Below are positions 18,100-29,496 of a stretch of DNA of 64,000 nt, in pieces. The DNA lies in assembly GCA_045638545.1 (NCBI GenBank), contig JAZUBL010000055.1, forward strand, positions 880 through 64,879. Direction: 5' to 3'. The stretch's first letter is position 1. Every line of letters starts with the position of its first letter. Under the pieces are notes generated by a model that saw nothing but the letters and a program-made list of their open reading frames with translations, was not told where the DNA came from and searched no databases. Source of the stretch: Acutalibacteraceae bacterium. GTDB lineage: Bacteria > Bacillota > Clostridia > Oscillospirales > Acutalibacteraceae. The position numbers and the translations under genes are program-made.

Positions 18100-18933
18100 A
18101 TGGCAATTAAGAATTATAAACCTACCACACCTTCCAGACGTAATATGTCCGTTACAGACTTTACAGTTCTGTCCAAGGTTGAGCCAGAGAAGAGCCTGTT
18201 AGCTCCACTGAACAAGAAGGCTGGCCGTAACAGTTATGGTAGAATTACAGTTCGTCACAGAGGTGGCGGCAACCGCAGAAAGTACCGTCTGATCGACTTC
18301 AAGCGTCAGAAGCACGGTATGAACGCAACAGTACTCACACTGGAGTACGATCCAAACAGATCCGCATTCATCGCTCTCGTACAGTACGAGGACGGCGAAA
18401 AGAGATATATCCTTGCACCAAACGGCCTGAAGGTTGGTGACGTAGTTGTTTCCGGTCCAGATGCAGACATCAAGGCTGGTAACGCTCTCCCACTGATCAA
18501 CATCCCAACTGGTACATTTATCCACAACGTTGAGCTCTACCCAGGTAAGGGCGGCCAGCTGGCTCGTTCCGCTGGTAACATGGCTCAGCTCATGGCTAAG
18601 GAAAACGGCCTGGCACTGCTCAGACTCCCATCCGGCGAGCTGCGCAACGTTCCTGTAAACTGCATGGCAACAATCGGCCAGGTTTCCAACACAGACCACG
18701 AGAACGTAAAGATCGGTAAGGCTGGTCGTACACGTCACATGGGCATGCGTCCAACAGTTCGTGGTTCCGTAATGAACCCTTGCGATCACCCACACGGTGG
18801 TGGTGAAGGTAAGTGCCCAATCGGTCGTCCAGGTCCGGTTACACCATGGGGCAAGCGAGCACTTGGTTACAAGACACGTAATCCAAAGAAGGCATCCAAT
18901 AAGTTCATCGTAAGACGTAGAGACAGCAAGTAA
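18100..18933 (+). CDS. rplB: 50S ribosomal protein L2
   Basis: 277 aa; contains ..[18 protein letters not shown].. Confidence 0.95.
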   Translation: MAIKNYKPTTPSRRNMSVTDFTVLSKVEPEKSLLAPLNKKAGRNSYGRITVRHRGGGNRRKYRLIDFKRQKHGMNATVLTLEYDPNRSAFIALVQYEDGEKRYILAPNGLKVGDVVVSGPDADIKAGNALPLINIPTGTFIHNVELYPGKGGQLARSAGNMAQLMAKENGLALLRLPSGELRNVPVNCMATIGQVSNTDHENVKIGKAGRTRHMGMRPTVRGSVMNPCDHPHGGGEGKCPIGRPGPVTPWGKRALGYKTRNPKKASNKFIVRRRDSK

Positions 18934-18956
18934 GGCATACAGAAAGGAGCTTAAAC

Positions 18957-19232
18957 ATGGGTAGAAGCGTTAAAAAGGGTCCTTATGTACAGCCTGTGCT
19001 GTTGAAAAGGATTGAACAGATGAATGCAGCCGGCGAAAAAGCTATCGTGAAAACATGGGATAGAGCATCCACAATTTTCCCAGATTTCGTTGGTCACACA
19101 ATTGCGGTTCACGACGGCCGCAAGCACGTTCCTGTTTATGTAACAGAGGACATGGTTGGTCACAGACTTGGTGAGTTTGCACCAACAAGAACATTTAAGG
19201 GTCACGCTGGTTCCAAGACCGGCGGCAGATAA
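18957..19232 (+). CDS. rpsS: 30S ribosomal protein S19
   Basis: 91 aa; [11 protein letters not shown].. Confidence 0.95.
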   Translation: MGRSVKKGPYVQPVLLKRIEQMNAAGEKAIVKTWDRASTIFPDFVGHTIAVHDGRKHVPVYVTEDMVGHRLGEFAPTRTFKGHAGSKTGGR

Positions 19233-19253
19233 TGGCCGAAAGGAGTTGTTAGT

Positions 19254-19589
19254 ATGGAAGCAAGGGCATATCTGAAATACGCCCGCATTTCTCCACGTAA
19301 AGTACAGATCGTACTTGACTTGATCCGTAATCAAGATGCAGCTAAGGCAATGGCTATCCTGAAGCACACCCCAAAGGCCGCATGTGAAGATTTGCAGAAG
19401 CTGCTGAAGTCCGCAATGGCTAACGCAGAGAACAATAAGAACATGGACGTTTCCAGACTGTACGTTGCAGAGTGCTTCGTTTGTCCGGGTCCAATCCTGA
19501 AGCGCATTCGTCCAAGAGCACAGGGCCGCGCATTTAGAATCGACAAGAAAACTTCGCACGTTACCCTCGTGCTTAAGGAAAGAGAATAA
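19254..19589 (+). CDS. rplV: 50S ribosomal protein L22
   Basis: 111 aa; [16 protein letters not shown].. Confidence 0.95.
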   Translation: MEARAYLKYARISPRKVQIVLDLIRNQDAAKAMAILKHTPKAACEDLQKLLKSAMANAENNKNMDVSRLYVAECFVCPGPILKRIRPRAQGRAFRIDKKTSHVTLVLKERE

Positions 19590-19606
19590 GGACAGGAGGT
19601 AAGACT

Positions 19607-20272
19607 ATGGGCCAGAAAGTTCATCCACACGGTATCCGTGTAGGTGTTATCAAAGACTGGGACTCCCGTTGGTTTGCGAAGAAGAGTGACTTCGGTAATG
19701 TGCTGGTTGAGGACTACAACCTGCGTAGAACTCTGAAGGCACAGCTCGCAGCAGCTGGTGTTCCGAAAATCGAAATCGAGCGCGACGCATCTAAGGTACG
19801 CGTTCACATCCATTGCGCAAAGCCAGGTATGGTAATTGGTAAGGGTGGTTCTGAGATCGAAAAGCTGCGTCTCCAGTGTGAGGCTATGCTGAAGAAGCCT
19901 GTTGTTATCAACATCGTTGAGGTTAAGGCTCCTGATCTGAACGCTCAGCTCGTTGCTGAGAACATTGCACAGCAGCTGGAAAAGAGAATCTCTTTCCGCC
20001 GCGCTATGAAGCAGTGCATCGGCCGCGCAATGAGAATGGGTGCAAAGGGTATCAAGACACAGGTATCCGGTCGTCTCGGCGGCGCAGAAATCGCACGTTC
20101 CGAAACTTATCACGACGGCACAATTCCACTGCAGACACTCAGAGCTGACATCGACTACGGCTTCGCAGAGGCTGATACAACTTATGGTAAGCTCGGTGTT
20201 AAGGTATGGATTTACAGAGGCGAAGTTCTCGTTGACTACAACCGTCCTCGTAAGGAAGGAGGCAATAAATAA
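19607..20272 (+). CDS. rpsC: 30S ribosomal protein S3
   Basis: 221 aa; [22 protein letters not shown].. Confidence 0.95.
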   Translation: MGQKVHPHGIRVGVIKDWDSRWFAKKSDFGNVLVEDYNLRRTLKAQLAAAGVPKIEIERDASKVRVHIHCAKPGMVIGKGGSEIEKLRLQCEAMLKKPVVINIVEVKAPDLNAQLVAENIAQQLEKRISFRRAMKQCIGRAMRMGAKGIKTQVSGRLGGAEIARSETYHDGTIPLQTLRADIDYGFAEADTTYGKLGVKVWIYRGEVLVDYNRPRKEGGNK

Positions 20273-20694
20273 TGCTGTTGCCTAAGCGCGTTAAATACCG
20301 TAGAGTTCACCGTGGTCGCCTGACAGGTAAGGCATACCGTGGTAATAAAGTTACAAACGGCGAGTTTGGTATCCAGGCTCTCGAGCCAGCATGGATCACA
20401 TCCAACCAGATCGAGGCAGCTCGTATCGCTATGACACGTTACTGCAAGAGATTTGGTAAGGTTTGGATCAAGATCTTCCCAGATAAGCCAATCACAGAGA
20501 AGCCAGCTGAAACTCGCATGGGTTCCGGTAAGGGTTCTCCAGAGTACTGGGTAGCAGTAGTTAAGCCAGGCAGAGTTATGTTCGAAATCGGCGGCGTTTC
20601 CGAGGAAACTGCACGCGAAGCTCTTCGCCTTGCTGCTCACAAGCTGCCAATCAAGTGCAAGTTTGTTAAAAGAGAAGAGGAGGGTGAGAAGTAA
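20272..20694 (+). CDS. rplP: 50S ribosomal protein L16
   Basis: 140 aa; [16 protein letters not shown].. Its start overlaps the rpsC stop. Confidence 0.95.
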   Translation: MLLPKRVKYRRVHRGRLTGKAYRGNKVTNGEFGIQALEPAWITSNQIEAARIAMTRYCKRFGKVWIKIFPDKPITEKPAETRMGSGKGSPEYWVAVVKPGRVMFEIGGVSEETAREALRLAAHKLPIKCKFVKREEEGEK

Positions 20695-20900
20695 TGAAGG
20701 CTGCAGAGATTAGAAGCATGTCCAACGAAGAATTGAACAATAAGCTGAAGGACCTCAAGGCCGAGCTTTTCAACCTTCGTTTTCAGCTCGCTATTAACCA
20801 GCTTGAAAACCCGATGCGTATTTCCGCTGTTAAGAAGGATATCGCTCGTGTGAAGACAATCCTTCGCGAGAACGAAATCAAGAACGGCACCAATGCGTAA
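20694..20900 (+). CDS. rpmC: 50S ribosomal protein L29
   Basis: 68 aa; ..[21 protein letters not shown].. Confidence 0.9.
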   Translation: MKAAEIRSMSNEELNNKLKDLKAELFNLRFQLAINQLENPMRISAVKKDIARVKTILRENEIKNGTNA

Positions 20901-20918
20901 CGGAAGGGAGGATTAGTT

Positions 20919-21176
20919 GTGAGCGAGAGAAACATGAGAAAAACCATGGTTGGTAAGATTGTTAGCGACAAGATGGATAAGACAGTTGTTGTAGCAATCG
21001 AGGATAGCGTTAAGCATCCACTTTACAACAAGATCGTTAAGCGCACTTACAAGCTGAAGGCACACGACGAGAACAACGAGTGCAAGATCGGCGATAAGGT
21101 TCGCGTAATGGAGACCCGTCCTCTTTCCAAGGATAAGAGATGGAGACTCGTAGAAATTATTGAAAAAGCGAAGTAA
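20919..21176 (+). CDS. rpsQ: 30S ribosomal protein S17
   Basis: 85 aa with a GTG start; ..[24 protein letters not shown].. Confidence 0.9.
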   Translation: MSERNMRKTMVGKIVSDKMDKTVVVAIEDSVKHPLYNKIVKRTYKLKAHDENNECKIGDKVRVMETRPLSKDKRWRLVEIIEKAK

Positions 21177-21223
21177 TTTAATTTGCTTAATTGTGCAGAT
21201 ATAAATAAAAGGAGGAACGCACT

Positions 21224-21592
21224 GTGATTCAACAACAGACCTACCTCAAGGTTGCCGATAACACCGGCGCTAAAGAGCTCATGTGCATCCGCGTTCTGGG
21301 TGGCACAGGCAGAAAATATGCAAATGTCGGTGACGTTGTGGTTGCTTCCGTTAAAAAAGCAGCACCGGGCGGCGTTGTTAAAAAAGGCGAAGTTGTAAAA
21401 GCTGTTATTGTACGTACTGCTTTTGGTGTTCGCCGTGAGGATGGCACCTACATTCGCTTCGACGAGAATGCAGCTGTTATCATTAAAGAAGATAAAAACC
21501 CAAAGGGCACACGTATCTTTGGCCCAGTAGCTAGAGAGCTCCGTGACAAGGACTACATGAAGATCCTGTCCCTGGCTCCAGAAGTACTTTAA
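21224..21592 (+). CDS. rplN: 50S ribosomal protein L14
   Basis: 122 aa with a GTG start; [18 protein letters not shown].. Confidence 0.95.
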   Translation: MIQQQTYLKVADNTGAKELMCIRVLGGTGRKYANVGDVVVASVKKAAPGGVVKKGEVVKAVIVRTAFGVRREDGTYIRFDENAAVIIKEDKNPKGTRIFGPVARELRDKDYMKILSLAPEVL

Positions 21593-21609
21593 TTGGAGGT
21601 GTTACTATA

Positions 21610-21924
21610 ATGAATAAACTTCATGTTAAAACTGGTGACACCGTCATCATGTTAAGTGGTAAAGATAAAGGCAAGCAGGGCAAGGTTATCGCAGTTAGCC
21701 CAAAGGAAGGCAAAGTAATCGTTGAGGGCTGCAACTACGTAACTAAGCACGTAAAGCCTCGTAGAGTTGGCGAGCAGGGCGGCATCGCAAAAGCTGAAGG
21801 TGCTGTTTACGCTTGCAAGGTTCAGCTCGTATGCTCCGGCTGCAATAAGCCTACACGTGTTGCACACAAGATCGAAGGCGACAAGAAAGTTCGCGTTTGC
21901 ACAAAGTGCGGCAAGGCACTGTAA
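21610..21924 (+). CDS. rplX: 50S ribosomal protein L24 (variant carrying a CxxC..CxxC motif)
   Basis: 104 aa. KOW N-terminus ([21 protein letters not shown]) and a C-terminal CSGC-18 aa-CTKC. Confidence 0.9.
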   Translation: MNKLHVKTGDTVIMLSGKDKGKQGKVIAVSPKEGKVIVEGCNYVTKHVKPRRVGEQGGIAKAEGAVYACKVQLVCSGCNKPTRVAHKIEGDKKVRVCTKCGKAL

Positions 21925-21935
21925 GGAGGATACAA

Positions 21936-22475
21936 ATGGCTAGACTTAAGGAATTTTATAAAGCTGAAGTTGCTCCTGCACTGATGAAGAAATTTTCCTA
22001 CAGCTCCGTAATGGAAATTCCGAAGCTGGATAAGGTTGTTATCAACGTAGGCGCAGGCGAAGCAAAGGAAAACCCAAAGGCAATCGAAGCTATCCTGAAC
22101 GACCTCGGCCTGATCACTGGTCAGCGCGGTCAGGTTTGCAAGGCTAAGAAGTCCGTTGCAAACTTTAAGCTTCGTGAGGGTATGCCAAACGGTGTTAAGG
22201 TAACACTGAGAGGCGAGAGAATGTACGAGTTTGTTGACAGACTCTTCAACATTGCTCTCCCAAGAGTTAGAGACTTCAGAGGTATCAACGGTAACTCTTT
22301 TGACGGCCGTGGCAACTACAACATGGGCATCAAGGAGCAGCTGATTTTCCCTGAAATCGACTATGATAAGATCGACAAGGTTCGCGGAATGGATATCTGT
22401 TTCGTTACAACTGCAAAGACTGACGAAGAGTCCAAAGAGCTTCTTACTCTGATGGGCGCTCCGTTTGCGAAGTAA
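21936..22475 (+). CDS. rplE: 50S ribosomal protein L5
   Basis: 179 aa from [12 protein letters not shown].., 7 nt after AAGGAGGA. The ORF-track start at 21897 overlaps rplX. Confidence 0.95.
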   Translation: MARLKEFYKAEVAPALMKKFSYSSVMEIPKLDKVVINVGAGEAKENPKAIEAILNDLGLITGQRGQVCKAKKSVANFKLREGMPNGVKVTLRGERMYEFVDRLFNIALPRVRDFRGINGNSFDGRGNYNMGIKEQLIFPEIDYDKIDKVRGMDICFVTTAKTDEESKELLTLMGAPFAK

Positions 22476-22487
22476 GGAGGGATTGTT

Positions 22488-22673
22488 GTGGCTAAAACTT
22501 CTATGAAGATCAAACAGCAGAGAGGCTCTAAGTTCAGCACTCGCGAGTACAACAGATGTAAAATCTGTGGTCGGCCGCACGCCTATCTTCGTAAGTTCGG
22601 TATTTGCCGTATTTGCTTCAGAGAGCTCGCTTACAAGGGCGAGATCCCAGGCGTTAAGAAGGCAAGCTGGTAA
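22488..22673 (+). CDS. rpsN: 30S ribosomal protein S14 type Z (zinc-binding)
   Basis: 61 aa with a GTG start. CKICGRP..CRIC zinc motif. Confidence 0.9.
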   Translation: MAKTSMKIKQQRGSKFSTREYNRCKICGRPHAYLRKFGICRICFRELAYKGEIPGVKKASW

Positions 22674-22701
22674 AGCAGCTTAGCAAAGGAGGTAAACGGT
22701 T

Positions 22702-23100
22702 ATGCATATTACAGATCCAATTGCCGATCTGCTTACCCGCATCCGCAACGCGAGCGCTGCAAAGCACGACTCCGTAGAGATCCCAGCTTCTAACATGAAG
22801 AAGGCTATCTGCCAGATTCTTGTTGATGAGGGCTACGTAAAGTCTTTCTCCGTTGCTGAAGATGGCAAGCAGGGCATGATTAAAGTTATTCTCAAGTATG
22901 GCGAGGGCAAGACTCCAGTTATCAAGGGTCTCAGAAGAGTTTCCAAGCCAGGTCTCAGAATTTATTCCAACGTAGAGAACATGCCAAAGGTTATCAAGGG
23001 CCTCGGCGTAGCTATCGTTTCCACATCCAAGGGCATTATGACAGACCGTCAGGCTCGTAAGGAAAACGTGGGTGGCGAAGTTCTCGCATTCATTTGGTAA
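22702..23100 (+). CDS. rpsH: 30S ribosomal protein S8
   Basis: 132 aa; ..[14 protein letters not shown].. Confidence 0.95.
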   Translation: MHITDPIADLLTRIRNASAAKHDSVEIPASNMKKAICQILVDEGYVKSFSVAEDGKQGMIKVILKYGEGKTPVIKGLRRVSKPGLRIYSNVENMPKVIKGLGVAIVSTSKGIMTDRQARKENVGGEVLAFIW

Positions 23101-23116
23101 AGAAAGGGGTGCTACT

Positions 23117-23662
23117 ATGTCAAGAATTGGAAGAAAACCCGTAAATATTCCCGCTGGCGTTGAGGTTTCCCTCAATGACGCTAACGTTATCACTGTGAAA
23201 GGTCCAAAGGGCACACTGACACAGCAGTTCCACAGCAACATGGCTATTGAGATCGCTGACGGCGTTATCAACGTAACACGTCCAAACGATGCAAAGGAGA
23301 ACAGATCTCTCCACGGCCTCACAAGAACACTCATCAGCAACATGATCGTTGGTGTAACAGAAGGCTTCAAGAAGGAGCTCGACGTTAACGGTGTTGGTTA
23401 CCGTGTACAGATGACAGGTAACGATCTGGTTATGCACATCGGTTTCTCTCACGAGGTAATCGTTCCACAGCCAGAAGGCATCAAGATTGAATGCCCATCT
23501 GCTAATAAAATCATCGTTTCCGGTGCAGACAAGCAGGCTGTTGGCCAGCTGGCTGCAGAAATCCGTGAATGGAGACTCCCAGAACCATATAAGGGTAAGG
23601 GTATTAAGTATGTAGATGAAGTTATCCGCCGCAAGGAAGGTAAAGCAGGTAAGGGTAAATAA
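23117..23662 (+). CDS. rplF: 50S ribosomal protein L6
   Basis: 181 aa from MSRIGRKPVNIPAGV.., after AAAGGGGTG. The ORF-track start at 23072 overlaps rpsH. Confidence 0.95.
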   Translation: MSRIGRKPVNIPAGVEVSLNDANVITVKGPKGTLTQQFHSNMAIEIADGVINVTRPNDAKENRSLHGLTRTLISNMIVGVTEGFKKELDVNGVGYRVQMTGNDLVMHIGFSHEVIVPQPEGIKIECPSANKIIVSGADKQAVGQLAAEIREWRLPEPYKGKGIKYVDEVIRRKEGKAGKGK

Positions 23663-23680
23663 GTAAGGAGTTGAATTGAA

Positions 23681-24040
23681 ATGGTAAATAAGGCTGATAA
23701 AAACACAGCTCGTCTTAAGCGCCACCGTAGAGTTCGCGCTAAGATCTCCGGCACTGCAGAGTGCCCACGCCTGAACGTGTTCCGCTCCAGCAAGAACATC
23801 TATGCCCAGATCATCGATGATGTTAACGGTGTTACTCTTGTAGCAGCTTCCACACTGGACAAAGAGTTCACTGGCAATGGCGGAAACAAAGAGGCAGCTC
23901 GCGAAGTTGGCAAGATGATTGCTAAGCGTGCAGCAGATAAGGGTATCACTGAGGTTGTATTTGACCGCGGTGGCTATATTTTCCACGGCCGTGTGCAAGA
24001 GCTGGCCGAAGGCGCCCGTGAGGGTGGCCTCAACTTCTAA
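23681..24040 (+). CDS. rplR: 50S ribosomal protein L18
   Basis: 119 aa; ..[26 protein letters not shown].. Confidence 0.95.
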   Translation: MVNKADKNTARLKRHRRVRAKISGTAECPRLNVFRSSKNIYAQIIDDVNGVTLVAASTLDKEFTGNGGNKEAAREVGKMIAKRAADKGITEVVFDRGGYIFHGRVQELAEGAREGGLNF

Positions 24041-24057
24041 GAAGGAGGAGTATTCTT

Positions 24058-24555
24058 TTGGCTAGAATTGACGCATCAACACTTGATTTAAAAGAGCACG
24101 TGGTTGCCATTAACCGCGTATCCAAGACTGTTAAGGGCGGCCGTATCTTCAAGTTCGCTGCTCTCGTAGTAGTTGGCGACGGTAACGGCGTTGTAGGTTT
24201 TGGTATTGGTAAAGCTGGTGAAGTTCCGGATTCCATCCGCAAGGGTATTGAGGATGCAAAGAAGAATCTGGTAAAGATCTCCACACGTGGTTCCACAATT
24301 CCACACGAAGTAATCGGTGAGTTCGGTGCAGGCAGAGTTCTTCTGAAGCCTGCTGCACCTGGTACCGGTGTTATCGCTGGCGGCCCAGTTCGTGCTGTTA
24401 TCGAAGCTGCTGGCATTAAGGACATCAGAACTAAGGCTCTGCGCTCCAACAACCCATGCAACGTAGTTCGCGCTACACTTGCTGGTCTTGCTAACCTGCG
24501 CACAGCTGAGGAAGTTGCTGCTATCCGCGGCAAGTCCGTAAAAGAAATTTTGTAA
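24058..24555 (+). CDS. rpsE: 30S ribosomal protein S5
   Basis: 165 aa with a TTG start; ..[19 protein letters not shown].. Confidence 0.95.
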   Translation: MARIDASTLDLKEHVVAINRVSKTVKGGRIFKFAALVVVGDGNGVVGFGIGKAGEVPDSIRKGIEDAKKNLVKISTRGSTIPHEVIGEFGAGRVLLKPAAPGTGVIAGGPVRAVIEAAGIKDIRTKALRSNNPCNVVRATLAGLANLRTAEEVAAIRGKSVKEIL

Positions 24556-24570
24556 TAGGGGGTAGCAACA

Positions 24571-24750
24571 ATGGCACAGCTGAAAATTACACTTGTTAAG
24601 AGTACAATTGGCAGTAAGAAAGACCAGATCGCTACTGCCCAGGCACTTGGTCTGAAGAAGATCGGCGACGTAACATTCCAGCCGGACAACGCTCAGACTA
24701 AGGGTAAGGTGGCTAAGATTATCCACCTCATCGACGTTACAGAAGCGTAA
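24571..24750 (+). CDS. rpmD: 50S ribosomal protein L30
   Basis: 59 aa, found by eye because it is below the ORF-track cutoff: [59 protein letters not shown]. It sits in the expected slot between rpsE and rplO, with RBS GGGGGT. Confidence 0.9.
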   Translation: MAQLKITLVKSTIGSKKDQIATAQALGLKKIGDVTFQPDNAQTKGKVAKIIHLIDVTEA

Positions 24751-24767
24751 GAAGGAGGTGCGATATA

Positions 24768-25208
24768 ATGAAACTGCATGAATTGACTGCTGTTGAGGGC
24801 TCCACACAGGGCCGCAAGCGTATCGGTAGAGGTCACGGTTCCGGCTGGGGCAAGACTTCCGGTAAGGGTCACAAGGGTCAGAAGGCAAGAGCTGGTAAGG
24901 GCTTCCGTCCAGGTTTTGAAGGCGGCCAGATGCCTCTCCAGAGACGTATTCCTAAGAGAGGTTTCAACAACATTTTCGCTAAGACAATCCTTACAGTAAA
25001 TGTTGGTACACTCGAAGCTTTTGACAACGGCGCAGTTGTAGACATCAACGCACTGTATGAAGCTGGCATCATCAAGAAGCCATGCGACGGTGTTAAGATT
25101 CTGAGCAACGGCAATCTCACAAAGAACCTCACAGTGAAAGTAACTGCTTTCTCTGAGGCTGCAAAGGCAAAGATCGAAGCTGCTGGCGGAAAAGCAGAGG
25201 TGATCTGA
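24768..25208 (+). CDS. rplO: 50S ribosomal protein L15
   Basis: 146 aa; [26 protein letters not shown].. Confidence 0.95.
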   Translation: MKLHELTAVEGSTQGRKRIGRGHGSGWGKTSGKGHKGQKARAGKGFRPGFEGGQMPLQRRIPKRGFNNIFAKTILTVNVGTLEAFDNGAVVDINALYEAGIIKKPCDGVKILSNGNLTKNLTVKVTAFSEAAKAKIEAAGGKAEVI

Positions 25209-25209
25209 C

Positions 25210-26556
25210 TTGTTTAAAACAGTCGCGAACGCCTGGAAAACTCCAGAATTTCGAAAGAAGATTCTGTTCACACTGTTTGTCATCGTAATTTTTAGAATTG
25301 GTTCCGTTATTCCGGTTCCATTTCTTGATACCACAGCACTCGCAGGTCTGATGAACGAGAGTGCTGCTGATGGTACAGCACTCGGATATCTGAACATGAT
25401 GTCCGGTGGTGCTTTCGCTAGTGCAACACTGTTCGCACTTTCGATCACACCTTATATTAACGCATCCATCATTATGAACCTATTGTCTATCGCGATACCT
25501 CGACTAGAAAAGTTGGCGCGCGATGGCGGTGAGCAAGGTAAACGAGTTATTAACTTGATCACAAGGTGTCTCACGATTGCAATAGCAATCGGTTCTGGTA
25601 CGGGTTATTATTTCTTCCTGGCCAACAGCGTTGACCCGGTAACTGGTAACCCGGTAACGATGTACAACAGTGGTGGAGCCCAGGTATTTTCCGCATTCGT
25701 AATCATCGGTGCATTCACAGCGGGTGGTATCCTGCTGATGTGGCTCGGTGAGCAGGTTAACAAGCGTGGTATTGGTAACGGTATCTCCATTATCCTCTTC
25801 GCAGGTATTGTGGCTAGAATGCCAACAATCATCATGCAGCTTGTTGACTACTTCAAGCAGGCAGCTGAATTCCCAAGCCTGTTTGGTCACTTCTTCATCC
25901 TGGCACCGGTATTCATCTTTATCTTCTTCCTGCTCGTTTGGATCATCGTATTCATGAACGGCTCTGAGAGAAAGATTCCAGTTCAGTATGCAAAGAGAGT
26001 TGTTGGCAGAAAGCAGTATGGCGGCCAGAACACTCACATTCCGATCAAGATCGGTTCTACAGGTGTTATGCCAGTTATCTTTGCTTCTTCTCTGCTCTCT
26101 ATCCCAAGCACCATTTACACATTCATTGGCGGCGAAAACATGGAAGACGGTTTCTGGAAGGGCTTCTTCGAAGCATTCTCCTCTTCCGGTTGGCTGTACT
26201 GTGTAGTATACGCACTGCTTATCTTCGTATTTGCATTCTTCTACATGACAGTTCAGTACAACCCACTTGAAATGGCTAACACTCTGAAGCAGCAGCACGG
26301 TACAATCCCAGGTATTCGTCCGGGCCGTCCAACAGCAGAGTTCATTTCCAAAGTGCTGTCTAAGCTGACATTCCTTGGTGCACTCTTCCTCGTAGGTATC
26401 TGCCTCCTCCCAATGATCTACACCGGTGCTACTGGCATGGGCGATCTGGGTATGGGTGGTACATCCATCATCATCCTCGTTGGTGTTGCACTGGAAACAG
26501 TAAAGCAGATCGAGTCTCAGATGATGATGAGAAGCTACAAGGGTTTCCTGGATTAA
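25210..26556 (+). CDS. secY: Preprotein translocase subunit SecY
   Basis: 448 aa with a TTG start. A 10-TM SecY sequence (..GSVIPVPF.., ..GGTSIIILVGVALET..). Confidence 0.95.
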   Translation: MFKTVANAWKTPEFRKKILFTLFVIVIFRIGSVIPVPFLDTTALAGLMNESAADGTALGYLNMMSGGAFASATLFALSITPYINASIIMNLLSIAIPRLEKLARDGGEQGKRVINLITRCLTIAIAIGSGTGYYFFLANSVDPVTGNPVTMYNSGGAQVFSAFVIIGAFTAGGILLMWLGEQVNKRGIGNGISIILFAGIVARMPTIIMQLVDYFKQAAEFPSLFGHFFILAPVFIFIFFLLVWIIVFMNGSERKIPVQYAKRVVGRKQYGGQNTHIPIKIGSTGVMPVIFASSLLSIPSTIYTFIGGENMEDGFWKGFFEAFSSSGWLYCVVYALLIFVFAFFYMTVQYNPLEMANTLKQQHGTIPGIRPGRPTAEFISKVLSKLTFLGALFLVGICLLPMIYTGATGMGDLGMGGTSIIILVGVALETVKQIESQMMMRSYKGFLD

Positions 26557-26592
26557 TCAATTTAACTTAAGATAGTAATCGGAGGTAACGAC

Positions 26593-27225
26593 ATGAACAT
26601 CATACTTCTCGGCGCTCCTGGTGCCGGAAAAGGCACACAGGCCGCAGTAATCTGCGACTATCTTAAAATCCCAACAATTTCCACGGGTAATATTATCCGT
26701 GCAGCGCTGAAAAGCGGCACTGAAATGGGTCTTAAGGCTAAGTCTTTTATTGACAATGGCCAGCTGGTACCTGACGAAGTTGTAATCGGTATCATCAAAG
26801 AGAGACTGGCTGAGGACGACTGTGCAAACGGGTTCATCCTCGACGGTTTCCCAAGAACTATTCCTCAGGCCGAGGCTCTGGATAGCATGGGCGTACAGAT
26901 CGATAAGGTTGTCGATATCGATGTTTCCGACGAGGAAATCGTTCATCGCCTGTCCGGACGCCGTGTATGCGAAAGCTGCGGCGGCACTTTCCACCTTGAC
27001 TACAACAAGCCAAAGGTTGAAGGTGTATGCGATGCTTGTGGCAGCACCCTTATTCAGCGCAAAGATGACAGTCCTGAAACTGTACAGCAGCGCCTGACTG
27101 TTTATCATGAACAGACAAAGCCTCTGGAGGATTACTACAGAGCACAGGGTAAGCTGTCTGTAGTTTCAGGAGAAGGGGAAATCGAGGAGATCACTCGATT
27201 GACCATTGCCGCTTTAGAGGGCTAA
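26593..27225 (+). CDS. adk: Adenylate kinase (zinc-lid form)
   Basis: 210 aa. P-loop GAPGAGKGTQ and lid CESCG..CDAC. Confidence 0.95.
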   Translation: MNIILLGAPGAGKGTQAAVICDYLKIPTISTGNIIRAALKSGTEMGLKAKSFIDNGQLVPDEVVIGIIKERLAEDDCANGFILDGFPRTIPQAEALDSMGVQIDKVVDIDVSDEEIVHRLSGRRVCESCGGTFHLDYNKPKVEGVCDACGSTLIQRKDDSPETVQQRLTVYHEQTKPLEDYYRAQGKLSVVSGEGEIEEITRLTIAALEG

Positions 27226-27229
27226 GCTT

Positions 27230-27982
27230 ATGGTTGTGTTAAAGACTTCAAGGGAGCTCTCAGCAATGAGAGAAGCCTGTAAGATCTCTGCACGAGCATT
27301 AAAGCTGGCGGGTGAGGCAGTGGAACCGGGCGTCTCCACGATGGAGATAGACCGGATTGTACGGAAGTACATTGAGGGTGAAGGCGCTAAGCCTTCATTT
27401 CTCGGATATGGCGGCTTCCCCGCAAGCGCCTGTATTTCGGTAAATGATGTAGTCATCCACGGCATACCCCATAAGAGCATTAAACTGAAGGAAGGCGACA
27501 TCGTCAGCATTGATGTTGGCGCATACTTCGGTGGGTTCCACGGAGACAACGCATGGACCTTTGCCTGCGGTGACGTAAGCAAAGAAGCCCAGGCTCTTAT
27601 GGACGCAACACGCGAATCCCTGTACGAGGGCATAGCTGCAGCGCAGCCAGGCAATCGTGTGGGCGATATTGGAAGCGCGGTCCAAAGGTATGTTGAGGCG
27701 CGCGGCTACTCGGTGGTACGAGATTTCGTCGGCCACGGAGTAGGTGCGGAGCTGCATGAAGATCCAAGTATCCCAAATTATGGCACACCCGGCAGAGGTG
27801 TGCGCCTGTTGCCAGGAATGACAATCGCCATCGAACCAATGGTCAATGCCGGTGTTCACACTGTGCAGACCTTGTCTGATGGGTGGACCGTCAAAACAAC
27901 TGACGGTAAGCTTTCAGCACATTTTGAGCATTCTGTGGCCATTACCCCAGACGGCCCGGTAATCTTAACATTGCCGGATTAA
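27230..27982 (+). CDS. map: Type I methionine aminopeptidase
   Basis: 250 aa; ..HGIP..DIVSIDVG..GHGVG..EP.. metal-ligand pattern. Confidence 0.95.
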   Translation: MVVLKTSRELSAMREACKISARALKLAGEAVEPGVSTMEIDRIVRKYIEGEGAKPSFLGYGGFPASACISVNDVVIHGIPHKSIKLKEGDIVSIDVGAYFGGFHGDNAWTFACGDVSKEAQALMDATRESLYEGIAAAQPGNRVGDIGSAVQRYVEARGYSVVRDFVGHGVGAELHEDPSIPNYGTPGRGVRLLPGMTIAIEPMVNAGVHTVQTLSDGWTVKTTDGKLSAHFEHSVAITPDGPVILTLPD

Positions 27983-27993
27983 GAGGTGGGTTA

Positions 27994-28239
27994 ATGAAAT
28001 ATATTAGAGGGCTCGTAGTCCGGTCTATGGCGGGACACGACCAGGGTGGATTCTTTACAGTGCTTTCCGCAGATGAAAAATTTGCAGTGATCTGTGACGG
28101 TAAACGCCGCAGTCTGGAAAAGCCGAAACGAAAGAAAAAGATCCATCTGGCTGTCACAACAACCGTGTTGCCGGACAGTTCGATGAAAACCAATCGTGAA
28201 ATTCGAAGCGCACTAAGCCGCTTCCAACAACACAATTAG
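27994..28239 (+). CDS. Small KOW-domain RNA-binding protein (conserved map-infA spacer gene of Clostridia)
   Basis: 81 aa; [17 protein letters not shown]... and a basic stretch [10 protein letters not shown]. The family assignment is from memory. Confidence 0.6.
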   Translation: MKYIRGLVVRSMAGHDQGGFFTVLSADEKFAVICDGKRRSLEKPKRKKKIHLAVTTTVLPDSSMKTNREIRSALSRFQQHN

Positions 28240-28255
28240 GGGAGGTTATTCTGAA

Positions 28256-28474
28256 ATGTCTAAACAGGACGTAATTGAATTAGAGGGTACCGTTAAAGAA
28301 GCTCTCCCAAACGCAATGTTCCAGGTAGAGCTTCCAAATGGCCATACGATCCTGGCCCACATTTCCGGTAAGCTGCGTATGAACTTCATTCGCATCCTGC
28401 CGGGCGATAAGGTTACTGTGGAAATGTCTCCATATGACCTTACACGCGGCCGAATCACATGGCGTTCTAAGTAA
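28256..28474 (+). CDS. infA: Translation initiation factor IF-1
   Basis: 72 aa; [30 protein letters not shown].. Confidence 0.95.
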   Translation: MSKQDVIELEGTVKEALPNAMFQVELPNGHTILAHISGKLRMNFIRILPGDKVTVEMSPYDLTRGRITWRSK

Positions 28475-28520
28475 GAGTAATTAATCGTGACTATTTAGTG
28501 ATAAAGGGAGGGTTCATATC

Positions 28521-28634
28521 ATGAAAGTCAGACCTTCTGTAAAGAAAATTTGCGAAAAGTGCAAAGTAATCAAGCGCAAGGGTAAAATCATGGTTATCTG
28601 TGAAAACCCGAAACACAAGCAGCGCCAGGGTTAA
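28521..28634 (+). CDS. rpmJ: 50S ribosomal protein L36 (zinc-ribbon form)
   Basis: 37 aa, found by eye: [48 protein letters not shown]. Confidence 0.9.
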   Translation: MKVRPSVKKICEKCKVIKRKGKIMVICENPKHKQRQG

Positions 28635-28668
28635 TGGCGCAACCTAATTTAACGGAGGTGCAAATTTA

Positions 28669-29037
28669 ATGGCGCGTATTGCTGGTATCGATTTACCAAG
28701 AGACAAGCGTATTGAGATCGGTCTTACCTACATCTACGGTATTGGTCTGAAGTCTGCAAAGGACATCATTGCAGCTACAGGCATCAACCCAGATACAAGA
28801 GTTAGAGATCTGTCTGATGAGGACGCTTCTAAACTGAGAGAATATATTGAAAAGAACTACCGCGTAGAAGGTGACCTGAGAAGAGACATCGCATTTGACA
28901 TCAAGAGACTCATCGAGATTCAGTGCTACCGTGGTATCCGCCATCGTAAGGGCCTGCCTGTAAGAGGTCAGCGCTCCAAGACCAATGCTAGAACACGCAA
29001 GGGTCCTAAGAAGACAATGGCGAACAAGAAGAAATAA
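28669..29037 (+). CDS. rpsM: 30S ribosomal protein S13
   Basis: 122 aa; [26 protein letters not shown].. Confidence 0.95.
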   Translation: MARIAGIDLPRDKRIEIGLTYIYGIGLKSAKDIIAATGINPDTRVRDLSDEDASKLREYIEKNYRVEGDLRRDIAFDIKRLIEIQCYRGIRHRKGLPVRGQRSKTNARTRKGPKKTMANKKK

Positions 29038-29054
29038 GCAGGAGGGAACGAAAG

Positions 29055-29459
29055 ATGGCAGCACAAAAGGGCGGTAAGAAGACCGCAGTTCGTAGACGCC
29101 GCGAGCGCAAGAATATTGAGCGCGGCGCTGCACACATCCAGTCCACCTTTAACAATACAATTGTTACCATTACAGACGTTCAGGGCAACGCTATTTCCTG
29201 GGCTAGTTCCGGTGAACTCGGCTTCAGAGGTTCCAGAAAGTCCACACCATTCGCAGCACAGACAGCTGCTGAGACAGCAGCAAAGGTTGCTGTTGAGCAT
29301 GGTATGAAGACTGTTGAAGTTTTCGTTAAGGGTCCTGGTGCAGGCCGTGAGGCAGCAATCAGAGCTCTGCAGGGTGCAGGTCTGGAAGTTAGCATGATTA
29401 AAGACGTTACCCCGATCCCACACAACGGATGCCGTCCTCCAAAGAGAAGACGCGTATAG
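29055..29459 (+). CDS. rpsK: 30S ribosomal protein S11
   Basis: 134 aa; ..[21 protein letters not shown].. Confidence 0.95.
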   Translation: MAAQKGGKKTAVRRRRERKNIERGAAHIQSTFNNTIVTITDVQGNAISWASSGELGFRGSRKSTPFAAQTAAETAAKVAVEHGMKTVEVFVKGPGAGREAAIRALQGAGLEVSMIKDVTPIPHNGCRPPKRRRV

Positions 29460-29496
29460 TTTTTGATAACAATAACCCAAAGGAGGAAGGTTACGA

